Assembly: GCA_965222075.1 (NCBI GenBank)
Contig: OZ244937.1
Span: 5,248,001-5,312,000 of the forward strand
Length of the DNA stretch: 64,000 nt
Direction: 5' to 3'
From: Candidatus Latescibacterota bacterium
GTDB lineage: Bacteria; Latescibacterota; UBA2968; GCA-2709665
The first letter of the stretch is position 1; the number at the start of each line of letters is the position of its first letter. A program made the position numbers and the translations under genes. The notes below the pieces were generated by a model that ran no database searches, was not told the DNA's origin, and saw only the letters and a program-made list of their open reading frames with translations. Below are positions 41,930 through 51,421 of the stretch, piece by piece.

Positions 41930-42942
41930 TAGAGAAAGACGGCCTGAACGTTGAAGCGGATGGCGTTCCGACGGATGCATGGAATCTGGATCTGCCGCAG
42001 ATGCCGGTAGGGGTGCACGGGTGTTTTGCCGTTTCGGACGGGAAGTGGATCTGCGTTGTGGGGGGGACGTCTGAGACGGGGCATACGGATGTCGTCCAGC
42101 GCTTCGATATCAGAAACGGATCGTGGCAAACGGCTTCGGTTCTCGCCTGGCAGGGACGGCTTATGGTGGGTGGGCTTCTGGACGCAGGGCTTGTCGTGGT
42201 GTTCGGAGGGGCGTTTTGCGTCTACCATCCCGATACAGGATCGGTTGATGGTCCCATTCCGTTGCAGACTTTGAGGCCGTATCGGAATGCGGGAAAAGGG
42301 GTTGTTTTTGAAGATTGTCTGATCGTTGTCGGGGGAACATGGGAGGGGGTCGACGCAGGGTGTTTCAGCAATCAGGCCGTTGAGCTGAATCCGGTTGACG
42401 GGACAGAGCGCCCGCTTTCTCCGATGCGCATCGGCCGGGCGCTGTTCGAGGCCGTAGCGTACGGAGGTGCGATCTACGTTTTTGGTGGAAAGGTCGACGA
42501 TTCGGGTGAGAGGCTGACGCGGAGCGTGACCGATACGATCGAACGCTACGATGTCAAGTCGGATACGTGGACGTTGCTGGATGTGCGGATGCCGCTTCCC
42601 CGGATGGTGTCGGCGGCGGTTCGCATCGACCGGTGGGCGCTGCTTTTTGACGGCCAGCCGAGAAACGATGCGCTTCAAATGTCTTCGGTGTGGGTGTTTG
42701 ACCTGGAGAGAGAGGTGTTTGTACAGAACACCTGGATTTCGCCCTATGCAGCCTGGTCCGGGGGCGCGGTTCTTGTGGGAGATACCGTCTATCTTGCGGG
42801 GGGTAACCAGCTCGTGTACCGAAAAGACCGCCCCGGTACGTTTACCATGCAGCATACGATTGTCAACCGGTTTATCTCTTTTCATCCCTCTCTTCCACCC
42901 GGGATGGACGCTGGAGAGGATGTTCCACGGAGGGTTTATTAG
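41926..42942 (+). CDS. Kelch-repeat protein
   Basis: VVGG, IYVFGG, ERYDVKSDTW and VYLAGG motifs. Confidence 0.8.
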   Translation: MIEKDGLNVEADGVPTDAWNLDLPQMPVGVHGCFAVSDGKWICVVGGTSETGHTDVVQRFDIRNGSWQTASVLAWQGRLMVGGLLDAGLVVVFGGAFCVYHPDTGSVDGPIPLQTLRPYRNAGKGVVFEDCLIVVGGTWEGVDAGCFSNQAVELNPVDGTERPLSPMRIGRALFEAVAYGGAIYVFGGKVDDSGERLTRSVTDTIERYDVKSDTWTLLDVRMPLPRMVSAAVRIDRWALLFDGQPRNDALQMSSVWVFDLEREVFVQNTWISPYAAWSGGAVLVGDTVYLAGGNQLVYRKDRPGTFTMQHTIVNRFISFHPSLPPGMDAGEDVPRRVY

Positions 42943-42963
42943 AGGAGAACGAGAGGTTCAGAG

Positions 42964-44394
42964 ATGGATCAACCGATTTTGTACGCAGGTGCGGCCCGGC
43001 GAGTGATCACACCGCCGGTGGGGGTGTCGATGTCCGGATGGAACCCCCGGGCGGCGGGGGATATTCAGGCGCGTTATGTGCACGATGATCTTTACGCCAA
43101 GGCGCTCGTTTTGCAGCGGGGGAATCGGGCATGGGCTCTGGTTGCGGTCGATCTGACGGGTGTGGATGCGGTTGCCACGGCGCAGATCCGGCAGGGTGCG
43201 GCAGAACAGACCGGGCTGGCTCCCGATGCGATCATGGTCTGTGCGACTCACACGCATTCGGGGCCGGCGTTATGTCCTGTGGCGACGACGTACAGCCCGG
43301 AGGATATGGCGCGTCACACGATAAGGGGGGATGGGTCTGCGCCTGCGTCTATGGGCGAGGTGACAACGGTCTCGTCCTCGGCAAGCTGGGTGGGTGAGAC
43401 GGACATGGAATGGAAGGCGTGGTTTGTGACCCGGGCGATAGAGGCGGTGGTGGAGGCATGGGGGGCGCTGAGGCCGGCGGCGGTGGGGTTCGGACAGGCC
43501 GAGGTCGAGGGGGTGGCGAGTTCGAGGCGGGTGTTGATGTCGGACGGGAGTTGGGGCGATCCGAGGCGGGAGCCGGTTGCGGGGGGTGACGTGGTTTCGC
43601 GTACGGAGATCGATCCCCTGGTGCGGGTGTTCACGGTGAGGGAGCAGGAGACGGAGGTTGCGCTGGCAGCCGTGATCAACTACGGCTCGCACCCATGGAT
43701 CTTCTGCGGGTCGGGCATCTCGGCGGAGGTCGCCGGCGCAACGGCGGATCGGGTTGCAGAGGAGTGGGCGTCTGCGGAGGCAGAGCAGCCGGTTGTTCTG
43801 TATACTTCCGGACCCGAGGGGGATGTGAGTCTGATCTGGAATATCGATATCGAGCAGGTGTGGAAGACCCGGCCGGGGGAGCACCCGCAGGAGAGCCTGA
43901 CCAGGCGGGAGCAGGGGTTTGGGCGGGAGCTGGCGCGTCTGAGCAGGCGGCTGGCGGACGGGGTGATGGCGGCGATTGCGGGGGTGGAACGCTGGGATGC
44001 AGCGCCCGGGATGTGGGCCCGCCGGCAGGAGGTGGCGCTGCCTTTGAAGGAGGGATACCGCCCGGTGGACGAAGTGCTGCTGGCCGAGTGGCAGCAGGCG
44101 GCGCCGGAATCTTACCACCTGACGGAGGTGCAGGCGCTGGGGGCGGGCGAAGGCGCCTTCCTCGGGCTTCCGGGGGAGCCGTTCGCTTCTCTGGGGAGGG
44201 CAATTCAGGTCCAGTCGCGGTTCCAGCACCTGCTGATCTCTGCGCTGACCAATGAGTTCGGCGCGATCAGCTATATCGGCGACCGGGAGGCGTACGATCT
44301 GGGAGGGTACGAGACTGCGTTCACGCCGGTTGGTCCGGGCGCGGGAGAGGTGCTGGTGGACCGGGCAGTGGCTCTGTTGAGCGCGTGTGAGTGA
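42964..44394 (+). CDS. Neutral/alkaline ceramidase-like amidohydrolase
   Basis: ITPP, HDDLYAKAL, ATHTHSGP, NYGSHP, LPGEPF and GGYE motifs. Confidence 0.8.
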   Translation: MDQPILYAGAARRVITPPVGVSMSGWNPRAAGDIQARYVHDDLYAKALVLQRGNRAWALVAVDLTGVDAVATAQIRQGAAEQTGLAPDAIMVCATHTHSGPALCPVATTYSPEDMARHTIRGDGSAPASMGEVTTVSSSASWVGETDMEWKAWFVTRAIEAVVEAWGALRPAAVGFGQAEVEGVASSRRVLMSDGSWGDPRREPVAGGDVVSRTEIDPLVRVFTVREQETEVALAAVINYGSHPWIFCGSGISAEVAGATADRVAEEWASAEAEQPVVLYTSGPEGDVSLIWNIDIEQVWKTRPGEHPQESLTRREQGFGRELARLSRRLADGVMAAIAGVERWDAAPGMWARRQEVALPLKEGYRPVDEVLLAEWQQAAPESYHLTEVQALGAGEGAFLGLPGEPFASLGRAIQVQSRFQHLLISALTNEFGAISYIGDREAYDLGGYETAFTPVGPGAGEVLVDRAVALLSACE

Positions 44395-44407
44395 AGCAGA
44401 GGTCACA

Positions 44408-44536
44408 ATGATGGCGAAGCGGAAGAAGCTTTTTATTACGGGGGCCGGGGGGATCGTGGGGACGGCGCTGCGGAAACAGCTGCGAGAACGCTACGATTTG
44501 CGGCTGCTGTTCTATCCCGGGCCTGCGCCACATTGA
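44408..44536 (+). pseudogene. N-terminal remnant of an NAD-dependent epimerase/dehydrogenase
   Basis: MMAKRKKLFITGAGGIVGTALRKQLRERYDLRLL, then a stop after 42 aa; GAGG RBS. Confidence 0.75.
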
Positions 44537-44569
44537 TGCGAAAGCTTTTTCTGCGGTGGGAGAGAAAAC

Positions 44570-45622
44570 GTGATCCATCTGAACAATTCAGGGTCGGCTT
44601 ATGATATTGGTCTGCAGCACGGGCGTTCCTGCCCTGCCGCCGTTGGCATGGCGTATGAGGCCTGGGTGCAACTTGAGGGGGTTGATCCTTCGTGGGTCGA
44701 GGGCGGCATTCGATTTGTGGAGGACAGGCTGAAACGGAGCTTTCCGGAGGTATTGCGTGAGATGCGGGGTATCGCCGACGGCTCCGGCGTGCTGTACGAG
44801 AATATCTTGACCCTGAACTGTCTGGATGCGATTCTTCCTGCCGGAAAAGGGTGGCCCCGCTGCTCGAACATCGGATTCAAGGATTCGGACGCAGGGGTGC
44901 TGTTGGGTAAGACGGCCGACTGGGAGGCCACGGGATCGGAGAATTTTGCGGCCTGGCAGCGGTACCAGCCCGAGGCCGATCAGGGGTATGCGTTTATCCA
45001 CTACGGCTGCGCCGGGACCCTCTGGAGCGAGGGTGGGCTGAACGAAGCCGGTCTGGGGATGGTCCTCAACGGCCTGCCCGGCTCGGGGGCTGGACCGGAC
45101 AGCGTGCACTGGTTGTGCCTGACCCGGGGGGTGCTGCAACATTGCCGAAGTGTGCAGGATGCGCTGGATTTCCTGGGCCGATACGATGTGATGTACTGGG
45201 GGGTGAACCTGACGCTGGCCGATGTGAGTGGGGATATGGCCTTTGTGGAGGTCGTGCCGGGCGCCCGGGCCGTTCGCAGGCCGGAGGGAGATTATCTGAT
45301 TCACACCAACCACTGTGTCTGCCCGGAAACGCTGGAACGGCAGCCCGAGAAGGACGTGCCCTCCGCCTTCGGAGTCGCGGGCTTGCGGGAGAACAGCCGG
45401 GCCCGGTATAAGACGCTGGAACGGATCGTGCCGGGGGCCCCCCGGACCGTGGCAGGGATGCAAGCGTTGCTTCGCGACCGGTCCATGCCAGGGCCCATCA
45501 GCCAGAGCGGCGAAGCGGGGATGCGGACGGTCTACGCCATGGTTGTCGCCCCTGCGCAGGGGAAGATGTGGGGCGTGGAAGGGTTTCCGCCGGATATGTC
45601 CTTTGCCGCATATCAGATTTAG
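44570..45622 (+). CDS. Peptidase C45 family Ntn hydrolase
   Basis: IGLQHG, EMRGIADG, RCS nucleophile, GLNEAGL and HTNH motifs. Confidence 0.8.
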   Translation: MIHLNNSGSAYDIGLQHGRSCPAAVGMAYEAWVQLEGVDPSWVEGGIRFVEDRLKRSFPEVLREMRGIADGSGVLYENILTLNCLDAILPAGKGWPRCSNIGFKDSDAGVLLGKTADWEATGSENFAAWQRYQPEADQGYAFIHYGCAGTLWSEGGLNEAGLGMVLNGLPGSGAGPDSVHWLCLTRGVLQHCRSVQDALDFLGRYDVMYWGVNLTLADVSGDMAFVEVVPGARAVRRPEGDYLIHTNHCVCPETLERQPEKDVPSAFGVAGLRENSRARYKTLERIVPGAPRTVAGMQALLRDRSMPGPISQSGEAGMRTVYAMVVAPAQGKMWGVEGFPPDMSFAAYQI

Positions 45623-45755
45623 GGTAAAGTTCGCCACTGGCGGTATGCTGCATTGCTTGATTCTGAATTGAAAACCAGCTGTATTCTCCTATGCAGAGAA
45701 AGCTCCTTGCGGATACGGCCAACGTTTCCGCCGGCTGTGAACCTGCGCAGCAGGC

Positions 45756-46006
45756 GCGGCGACCCAGTGATTATAATAGCGTGTGCCATCGTCGGGAGTC
45801 CCGCGTTCTGCAGCCGCCTTTAACTCGTCTGCGAGTGCTGTGGCCCACTCCTTCCAGGTGAAGTGACCCTGTTCAGAGAGCTTCACGGCCAGGGCGAATG
45901 CGTGGGCTTGCCAAGGTTCGGCGAAAATCGGCCCCTCCTCGTCTTGAGGCAAGGGTGGCAGAGCCTCAATTCGTTTGGCATCAAGGTTAGTGTCAGGCTG
46001 GCTCAA
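45756..46006 (-). pseudogene. Truncated nitrile hydratase accessory protein
   Basis: PIFAEPWQAHAFALAVKL..GHFTWKEW...YYNHWVAA, then similarity ends. Confidence 0.8.
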
Positions 46007-46290
46007 GGTATTCCTCCCATAGATCAATGTAGACGATATCCCGTGGTGAGGCTCGTTCTCCCCAAAGTTCCTGAGAATCGAAGCGCACCGTGTATACGTG
46101 CTGCGGGAAGTTACCGAGCCGCTGGCCGTTCTCGTCGGTGTCCTGGAGAGCCCAGACGCCATTGTCTCTCAAAACGGTCCCTCGTTTTCCCCGGGCGTAT
46201 CGAGGTACACGTGTATGACCCCGCGGATGCAGGTTGCGGACACGGACCTCGTCGTCGACGCTGAAGCTCGGAGCAGGTGTAGGGGGGGCA
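45993..46290 (-). pseudogene. nthB: C-terminal fragment of nitrile hydratase beta subunit
   Basis: GHTRVPRYARGKRG...HVYTVRF...ELWG...IDLWEEYLEPA. Confidence 0.8.
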
Positions 46291-46324
46291 GGCTTATTGC
46301 CCTCCGGAGGAGGAAGGAGCGTCG

Positions 46325-46477
46325 GCAGTGGCTGGCCCGGTCTCCAGGGCTGTCGTCGACGTGCTTTGAGAACAAGCAGCGGGGGCAGTGGTTTCGATAG
46401 CTCCCGTTGACCAAAGGATACACTTCCGCATGACAGAATTCGCAAACGAATCCGGTGTTCTCATCTTTCCTGTCCAT
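46325..46477 (-). pseudogene. Truncated RNHCP zinc-binding domain protein
   Basis: FVCEFC...SYRNHCPRCLFSKHVDDSPGDRASHC. Confidence 0.8.
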
Positions 46478-46656
46478 GCCCCTTCTCTATTCAGATGAAT
46501 CAATCATCTCTCCTTTTACTATGCAAATATGGATTCCCTGCATGGCGTCTAATGTCTCACGGTTTGCTGATTCCGATATTCCGTTGCCAGGATTCCATAC
46601 TCGTGACAGACCGCCATGGCCGTTCATACCCGCATGCATCGCGAGAGAGATTCCGC

Positions 46657-47031
46657 TCAAACCCCTTCCCGGAAACGCGTGACGATGGATCGCGCACCGC
46701 TGATCAAGAATTCGTCATCGGTTCCGATTGCAAGAAATCGGAACCCTTGCTCGATGTATCTGAACGCCGAATCGGCATCCGCCGTGTACGCGACTCCGGG
46801 GACCACTCCGTGGCGCTCGCAGGCGTTGAGAACCTTTTGAAATGCCCGCTGCAGGTCGGGATTGTCGAAGTCGAGGTGGCTACCATCGACGGATGTGCTG
46901 CCGATATGCTCAATTTCGAGGGCTGCATCCCCGAAGACAGCGAGAAGTCCTCTCTTCTCAGCATCGTATTTGTGTCGCCACTTCGGGTCGAATTCTGACA
47001 ACTCCCATATGACTGTCTCATCCACTGGCAT
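46657..47031 (-). pseudogene. In-frame chimera: GrpB N-terminus plus HpcH/HpaI aldolase C-terminus
   Basis: FDPKW...IEHIGSTSV joined to FDNPDLQRAFQKVLNACERHG..PG...YIEQGFRFLAIGTD. Confidence 0.7.
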
Positions 47032-47085
47032 TTCTCACTGTCTGCGAATGTACGGAGATCGCTGAATCATTCGTCACCCAATTTC

Positions 47086-47177
47086 AGGTAACGTTCTCGC
47101 GGTTTGCGAACGCCGACAGGCGTTGCCGCAGGCCAAGGCGCCTGAAAGGCGGCGCAGCGAAAACCGTGCTGTTATCG
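47086..47177 (-). other. attC-like site 7
   Basis: AGGTAAC...GGTTTGCG...CGAAAACC...GTTATCG imperfect hairpin. Confidence 0.8.
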
Positions 47178-47190
47178 GAAGTAGACTCCA

Positions 47191-47958
47191 TTAGGCCTGC
47201 GCCGTCACAACTGGTTGAAAATAGCCAGACTGCTCAGGCGCATGCCAGACGATTTTCGTAAATCCGGCTGACTCCAGGGCCGAAGTGAGCTCGTTGCGTC
47301 TTATTGCCCTGTAGCGAGTCCTGGCCTCCTTCACTCGCCATCCACTCGATGCTTGGCTCATTATGAAAAGCCGGACTCGATAGGTATCTGATTCCTTGGA
47401 CCAGTCCCAGATCTGAAATGTTATTGCTCCTCGCTCGGGTACACCATCGAGATTCGGAGCCATAAACGATGGTCTTTCGGCGAGTAACCGATCGTAATCG
47501 CGAATACTGGCAACAAACCGTCCTTTGTCAGTCAGTACGTGCCGGATGCTTCGGAGAGCGAGAGTTAAATCTTCGTCAGTCAAAAGGTGCGGTAAGGAAT
47601 TGTCACAGCTGATCACGACATCGAATTTCTGGCCGAATACACATTCCAGCTCACGAACATCGGCAACAGCGAACCGTATGTTCAGCCCTCGCTTAGCTGC
47701 TTCTGATTTCGCCCTGGCAATCGCCTTCGGGCTAAGATCGGACGCGAAGACTTCGTATCCTCGTTGCGCCAAGCCAATTGCCTGGGTGCCTATTCCGCAT
47801 GAACAGTCCAGGACAACCGATGCATTCGCTGAAGACTCACATTGAATCAACTGATCCAGTGCATACGACTGCCGTTCGATTGCCGATTCCCAGTCCGCGT
47901 AAACGTGATGGTAATCAGCAGCTAAATCATCGTAAAAGCGTTTGACGGATTCGCTCAC
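47191..47958 (-). CDS. Class I SAM methyltransferase (cassette 7)
   Basis: VLDCSCGIG and DNSLPH motifs; GTG start at 47958. Confidence 0.85.
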   Translation of the reverse strand: MSESVKRFYDDLAADYHHVYADWESAIERQSYALDQLIQCESSANASVVLDCSCGIGTQAIGLAQRGYEVFASDLSPKAIARAKSEAAKRGLNIRFAVADVRELECVFGQKFDVVISCDNSLPHLLTDEDLTLALRSIRHVLTDKGRFVASIRDYDRLLAERPSFMAPNLDGVPERGAITFQIWDWSKESDTYRVRLFIMSQASSGWRVKEARTRYRAIRRNELTSALESAGFTKIVWHAPEQSGYFQPVVTAQA

Positions 47959-47987
47959 GTTGATGACTCTCTCAACGAGTCCATTTC

Positions 47988-48128
47988 CGATAACGTTCCC
48001 GGTGTGTGCGAACCTGCCGAGCGGGCGCGGCGGTTGCAACAGGGGTTTCGATTAGCAAGCGCCGTGACCGCGAAGGAAGGTTGGGCGATGGGGCGAATGC
48101 CCCAAAGCCGCAGCCGGTCGTATTAGCC
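47988..48128 (-). other. attC-like site 6 (long, degenerate core)
   Basis: CGATAAC...ATTAGCC with an inner CCGG..TGCG/CGCA.CCGG stem. Confidence 0.65.
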
Positions 48129-48186
48129 GTCCGAGCAGCCCACAGACTGCCCTTGCCAGGGTCGGCAAGGCCATCGTCTTTGACCT

Positions 48187-48744
48187 TCACGCTCTTCGAG
48201 TCTGTTTCATATCATGAGCGAATGGGTATAGTTCCCCGAAGTCCGCAGATTCTGGGCCAAATAGCTCTGCCGCTTGTCTGAAATGGACGGCCCGAACTTC
48301 CACAATCCTGCTATTCGGATCCGGATCAGCTCTGTCCTCGGTTTTTCGAACCACATCAGCCCACGATACGACTCGCACATGCTCTGGGTGCGGGAAGTGG
48401 GGCAACCTGGGGCGGTCGTTTCGAGAGACGCAGTAGTACATCCCTATCGGATGAAGTTCCCCCAGATTGCTTCTCGTTTCCTCCAATAGCTCGCGACGAC
48501 CAGCCTCCTCCCAATTCTCGTTGGGTTCGAGGGTGCCTCCCGGCAAGACCCATTTCCCGTTGGACCGCTTGGTCACGAGACAATGACTGTCGGAGACGAA
48601 AGGAATGATATAAGAGGAGCCACAAATAGTCGAAGCCAGTTCATTTTCGAATTTGCGGAAGTGGACATTGGGACGTAGTTGCCCATGCTCCTCACTCAGG
48701 GTGGGGTATTTCGAGATGAGCTTGTCGAACTGCGTACGGTCCAT
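48187..48744 (-). CDS. NUDIX hydrolase (cassette 6)
   Basis: LPGGTLEPNENWEEAGRRELLEET Nudix box. Confidence 0.85.
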   Translation of the reverse strand: MDRTQFDKLISKYPTLSEEHGQLRPNVHFRKFENELASTICGSSYIIPFVSDSHCLVTKRSNGKWVLPGGTLEPNENWEEAGRRELLEETRSNLGELHPIGMYYCVSRNDRPRLPHFPHPEHVRVVSWADVVRKTEDRADPDPNSRIVEVRAVHFRQAAELFGPESADFGELYPFAHDMKQTRRA

Positions 48745-48811
48745 GTTAAAGGCTACGTGTGGTTTTCTGGCGGCGCGTCCTGCGCCGCCCCTGTCTTGCG
48801 GGCTGCTTCGC

Positions 48812-48892
48812 GGCTAACGTATCGCCGTGCCCGAGCCGCGCAGCGGTTGCGCGAAGGGCGTAAGCCCGAAGCCGGGCACGGACGTGTTAGCC
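48812..48892 (-). other. attC-like site 5
   Basis: GGCTAAC..CCGTGCCCG...CGGGCACGG..GTTAGCC; very similar to 52200-52283. Confidence 0.85.
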
Positions 48893-48903
48893 GAAGTATG
48901 AAT

Positions 48904-49569
48904 TCACTTGAGGTTGCGTATTGTGCTCGGCAACTCGTCAAGATCGTCAACAACCGCATCCACAATCTCAGGCACCTCCCAGTACTCATCTCGCTTCCAA
49001 ATCGCTTTCATCCCGAAGGACTTGGCGCCCCGAACGTCGGCCTCCGGGTTGTCGCCAATCATGATAGCCTGATCTGGTGAGACGCCCAGGTTGTCGGTCG
49101 CACGACGGAAGATCTCCGCATCCGGTTTTGCGACCCCTTCTGCTTCCGAGATCAACATTGTGTCGAAATAGCGAGAGATTCCCAAACCATCAATCTTCGG
49201 CTGCTGCGAATCAACTCGCCCGTTCGTAACGAGCCCCATCTTTAAACCTTGTTGCCTGAGTATGGTAAGAGTCTGATGTGCCTTAGGAAACGGAACGCAT
49301 ATATGGGGAAAGTATGTCAGGAAGTCCTCCAGCAACCTCTGCCAAATACCGGGTGAGAGAGCAAAGTCGCGTTCAATGCTCCTAAACAGCCCCTCCTTCT
49401 CGGCGTGGCCATGTGCGTCCAACTCAATGACTCGCTCCATGTATTCGGCAAATGGAAGAGATTGAAGATCATTTGCTAGTCGTTCGACCTGAATATGCAG
49501 GTACACTCTAAGGCTACTGATCCGATCCAATAGCGTTCCGTCAAGATCGAAGAGCGCTGCTTGAAACAT
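48904..49569 (-). CDS. HAD-family hydrolase (cassette 5)
   Basis: FDLDGTL, VTNG, KPD and IGDNPEAD motifs. Confidence 0.9.
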   Translation of the reverse strand: MFQAALFDLDGTLLDRISSLRVYLHIQVERLANDLQSLPFAEYMERVIELDAHGHAEKEGLFRSIERDFALSPGIWQRLLEDFLTYFPHICVPFPKAHQTLTILRQQGLKMGLVTNGRVDSQQPKIDGLGISRYFDTMLISEAEGVAKPDAEIFRRATDNLGVSPDQAIMIGDNPEADVRGAKSFGMKAIWKRDEYWEVPEIVDAVVDDLDELPSTIRNLK

Positions 49570-49595
49570 TTGTACCTCCAGTCGGACTCCATTTC

Positions 49596-49665
49596 GGCTA
49601 ACGGTCTCGCGGGCTGCGAACCCGCGCAGCGGGTTGGTGCGGAGGCGCAGCCCGACGTGTTAGGT
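49596..49665 (-). other. attC-like site 4
   Basis: GGCTAAC..CGGGCTGCG...CGCAGCCCG..GTTAGGT. Confidence 0.85.
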
Positions 49666-49691
49666 GCAGTGGCATTCAGATTCGTGTCTGG

Positions 49692-50138
49692 CTATTTCAG
49701 GCTCTTCCGAAAGAAGACCTCACTTGCAGGACCCGTGGGAGTCCCTGTCAGAATACCGCAGTCTTCGAAACCCATATGGCGGTGCCATTTCTGAGGGTCC
49801 AATTCATCCAGCTGAGAGGAACTAAGTAGATATGTGAATCCCTTCTCTCGGAGATAACATTCTAGAAAACCAAGCATAGACCGCCCCACACCCTGTCTTT
49901 GATACTTCTTCAAGACTATGATCCCGCTGATGTAGGGCGCGCTATAGTGATGGCCCTGCCAGATGAACTGAAATTCCAGGACACCAACCGGCTCTCCATC
50001 CAATTCCGCAACGATAAACTCCTTTAGCCGGATCTTCGTTTCCACTACATCCACGGTTTCTATTGAAAGCGTATGCTTGCACCATTTGGCGTCCTCGTCC
50101 TTCGCAAACCTCACGACCGTGTCACTAGACCTTGTCAT
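49692..50138 (-). CDS. GNAT acetyltransferase (cassette 4)
   Basis: YQRQGVG and WHRHMGF motifs. Confidence 0.8.
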   Translation of the reverse strand: MTRSSDTVVRFAKDEDAKWCKHTLSIETVDVVETKIRLKEFIVAELDGEPVGVLEFQFIWQGHHYSAPYISGIIVLKKYQRQGVGRSMLGFLECYLREKGFTYLLSSSQLDELDPQKWHRHMGFEDCGILTGTPTGPASEVFFRKSLK

Positions 50139-50200
50139 GAAAGTACCAGCCTTTGTAAGAGATGGAGGACTTCGCCGAGAGGTCGAGACTGCGCCATTGC

Positions 50201-50298
50201 GCCTAACGTTCCCGCCACTTGCGAGCCCCGAGCTTGTCGAGGGGTTGCCGACAGGACAAGGCGCCGTAGGCGACGCAGCGCAAAACGCTGTGTTGGGC
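50201..50298 (-). other. attC-like site 3
   Basis: GCCTAAC...TTGCG...CGCAA...GTTGGGC. Confidence 0.75.
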
Positions 50299-50326
50299 GA
50301 AGGAGCACGTCTTTTAGGGTATCATC

Positions 50327-50551
50327 CTATGCTTCGAGAAACTCCTCTGTTGTTACCCCAGCTTGCTTCAAGATTGCAGACAAGGTTCCTTCCGGTAAAT
50401 CCCCAGGATGGTTGGGGATCGTCGTTCGGCACCGGGTAGCAGGATTCCACCAGATTTCATGGCTCCCTCGTGCATGCCGATCAAACTCAAATCCCAACCG
50501 TCTCAGTTTTCCAGTTATTTGTCGATAGGTGAAACCTGCAAGACGTCCCAT
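50327..50551 (-). CDS. hicA: HicA toxin
   Basis: LGFEFDRHARGSHEIW...IPNHPGDLPEGTLSAILKQAG. Confidence 0.9.
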   Translation of the reverse strand: MGRLAGFTYRQITGKLRRLGFEFDRHARGSHEIWWNPATRCRTTIPNHPGDLPEGTLSAILKQAGVTTEEFLEA

Positions 50552-50796
50552 CAGGCTCCTACCAGTATGTCCAGTTCAACAACCTCAGTATCCAGCGTTT
50601 GCAATCCTTCTGGGAGAGGATCACCGTGTTCACGGTAGGATTCAATCAGTTTTCGTGCCACATCCTGTGCAATCTCAGTTGTTTCGGCCACTGTTCTGCC
50701 TTGAGCAACTAAACCAGGAAAGCTATCCGAAGTAGCTAAAAATTGGCCGTTTTCAACTTTCTGCACTTGAAGATGCAATCTATATTCTTCTGACAC
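50551..50796 (-). CDS. hicB: HicB-like antitoxin
   Basis: FPGLVAQGRTVAET...EHGDPLP; translationally coupled to hicA. Confidence 0.85.
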   Translation of the reverse strand: MSEEYRLHLQVQKVENGQFLATSDSFPGLVAQGRTVAETTEIAQDVARKLIESYREHGDPLPEGLQTLDTEVVELDILVGA

Positions 50797-50863
50797 GGCT
50801 CATGCTCCTGTTTGGTGAATAAGGTTAGCTTTTTCGCGTCAACAAACCCTGAGAATATTGACG

Positions 50864-51259
50864 TTAAGTTTTTCTATGCATAACTACCTGTTGAGTAACC
50901 CGAAATTTGCAACTTTTATAGAGAGAGGTCAATTCGGGGTCACAAAATAAAGAGACGATATCGATATCAGCTAGTTCCTCAAGAAGTCGCCTGAGCACAG
51001 CTTTTGCAATACCTGTACGATGATCGGGGTGTACTGTTACATCTTCTATATAAGCACGGAAATGCCCGTCTAGCACCGCGCGCGCAAATCCGATCAAGTC
51101 CTCTTCCTTCCAAGCACCCACTGCAGGATTACGGTTAAGAACGTCAGTAATATCCTGTAGAGAACGCTCCGGACACCACTCATTGGCAGCATAAAGACGA
51201 CGTACAGCATCTGCCGGTATAGGATGCTCTTGATGAGTGCGAATCACGTAATTTACCAT
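50864..51259 (-). CDS. GNAT acetyltransferase (cassette 3)
   Basis: LIGFARA, AYIEDVTVHP and GIAK motifs. Confidence 0.8.
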   Translation of the reverse strand: MVNYVIRTHQEHPIPADAVRRLYAANEWCPERSLQDITDVLNRNPAVGAWKEEDLIGFARAVLDGHFRAYIEDVTVHPDHRTGIAKAVLRRLLEELADIDIVSLFCDPELTSLYKSCKFRVTQQVVMHRKT

Positions 51260-51314
51260 TTCAGCGCAGGTATTAATGGAAACCATGGTTGAACAAATAT
51301 TGGTTTGCTCTTTC

Positions 51315-51400
51315 GCCCAACGTTTCCGCGGGCTGCGAACCTGCGAACCAGGTTGGGTCGGAGGTGCGAATGCGCCGCAGTGCAAACTGATGTGTTAGCC
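51315..51400 (-). other. attC-like site 2
   Basis: GCCCAAC...CTGCG...CGCAG...GTTAGCC. Confidence 0.75.
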
Positions 51401-51421
51401 GAAGTCGATCTATTTCCAAGG

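Noticed and set aside
47959-48039. N-terminal ORF extensions running across attC-like sites (also 51260-51385)
   Set aside because: Better starts lie inside the cassettes; the extensions are chance open frames.
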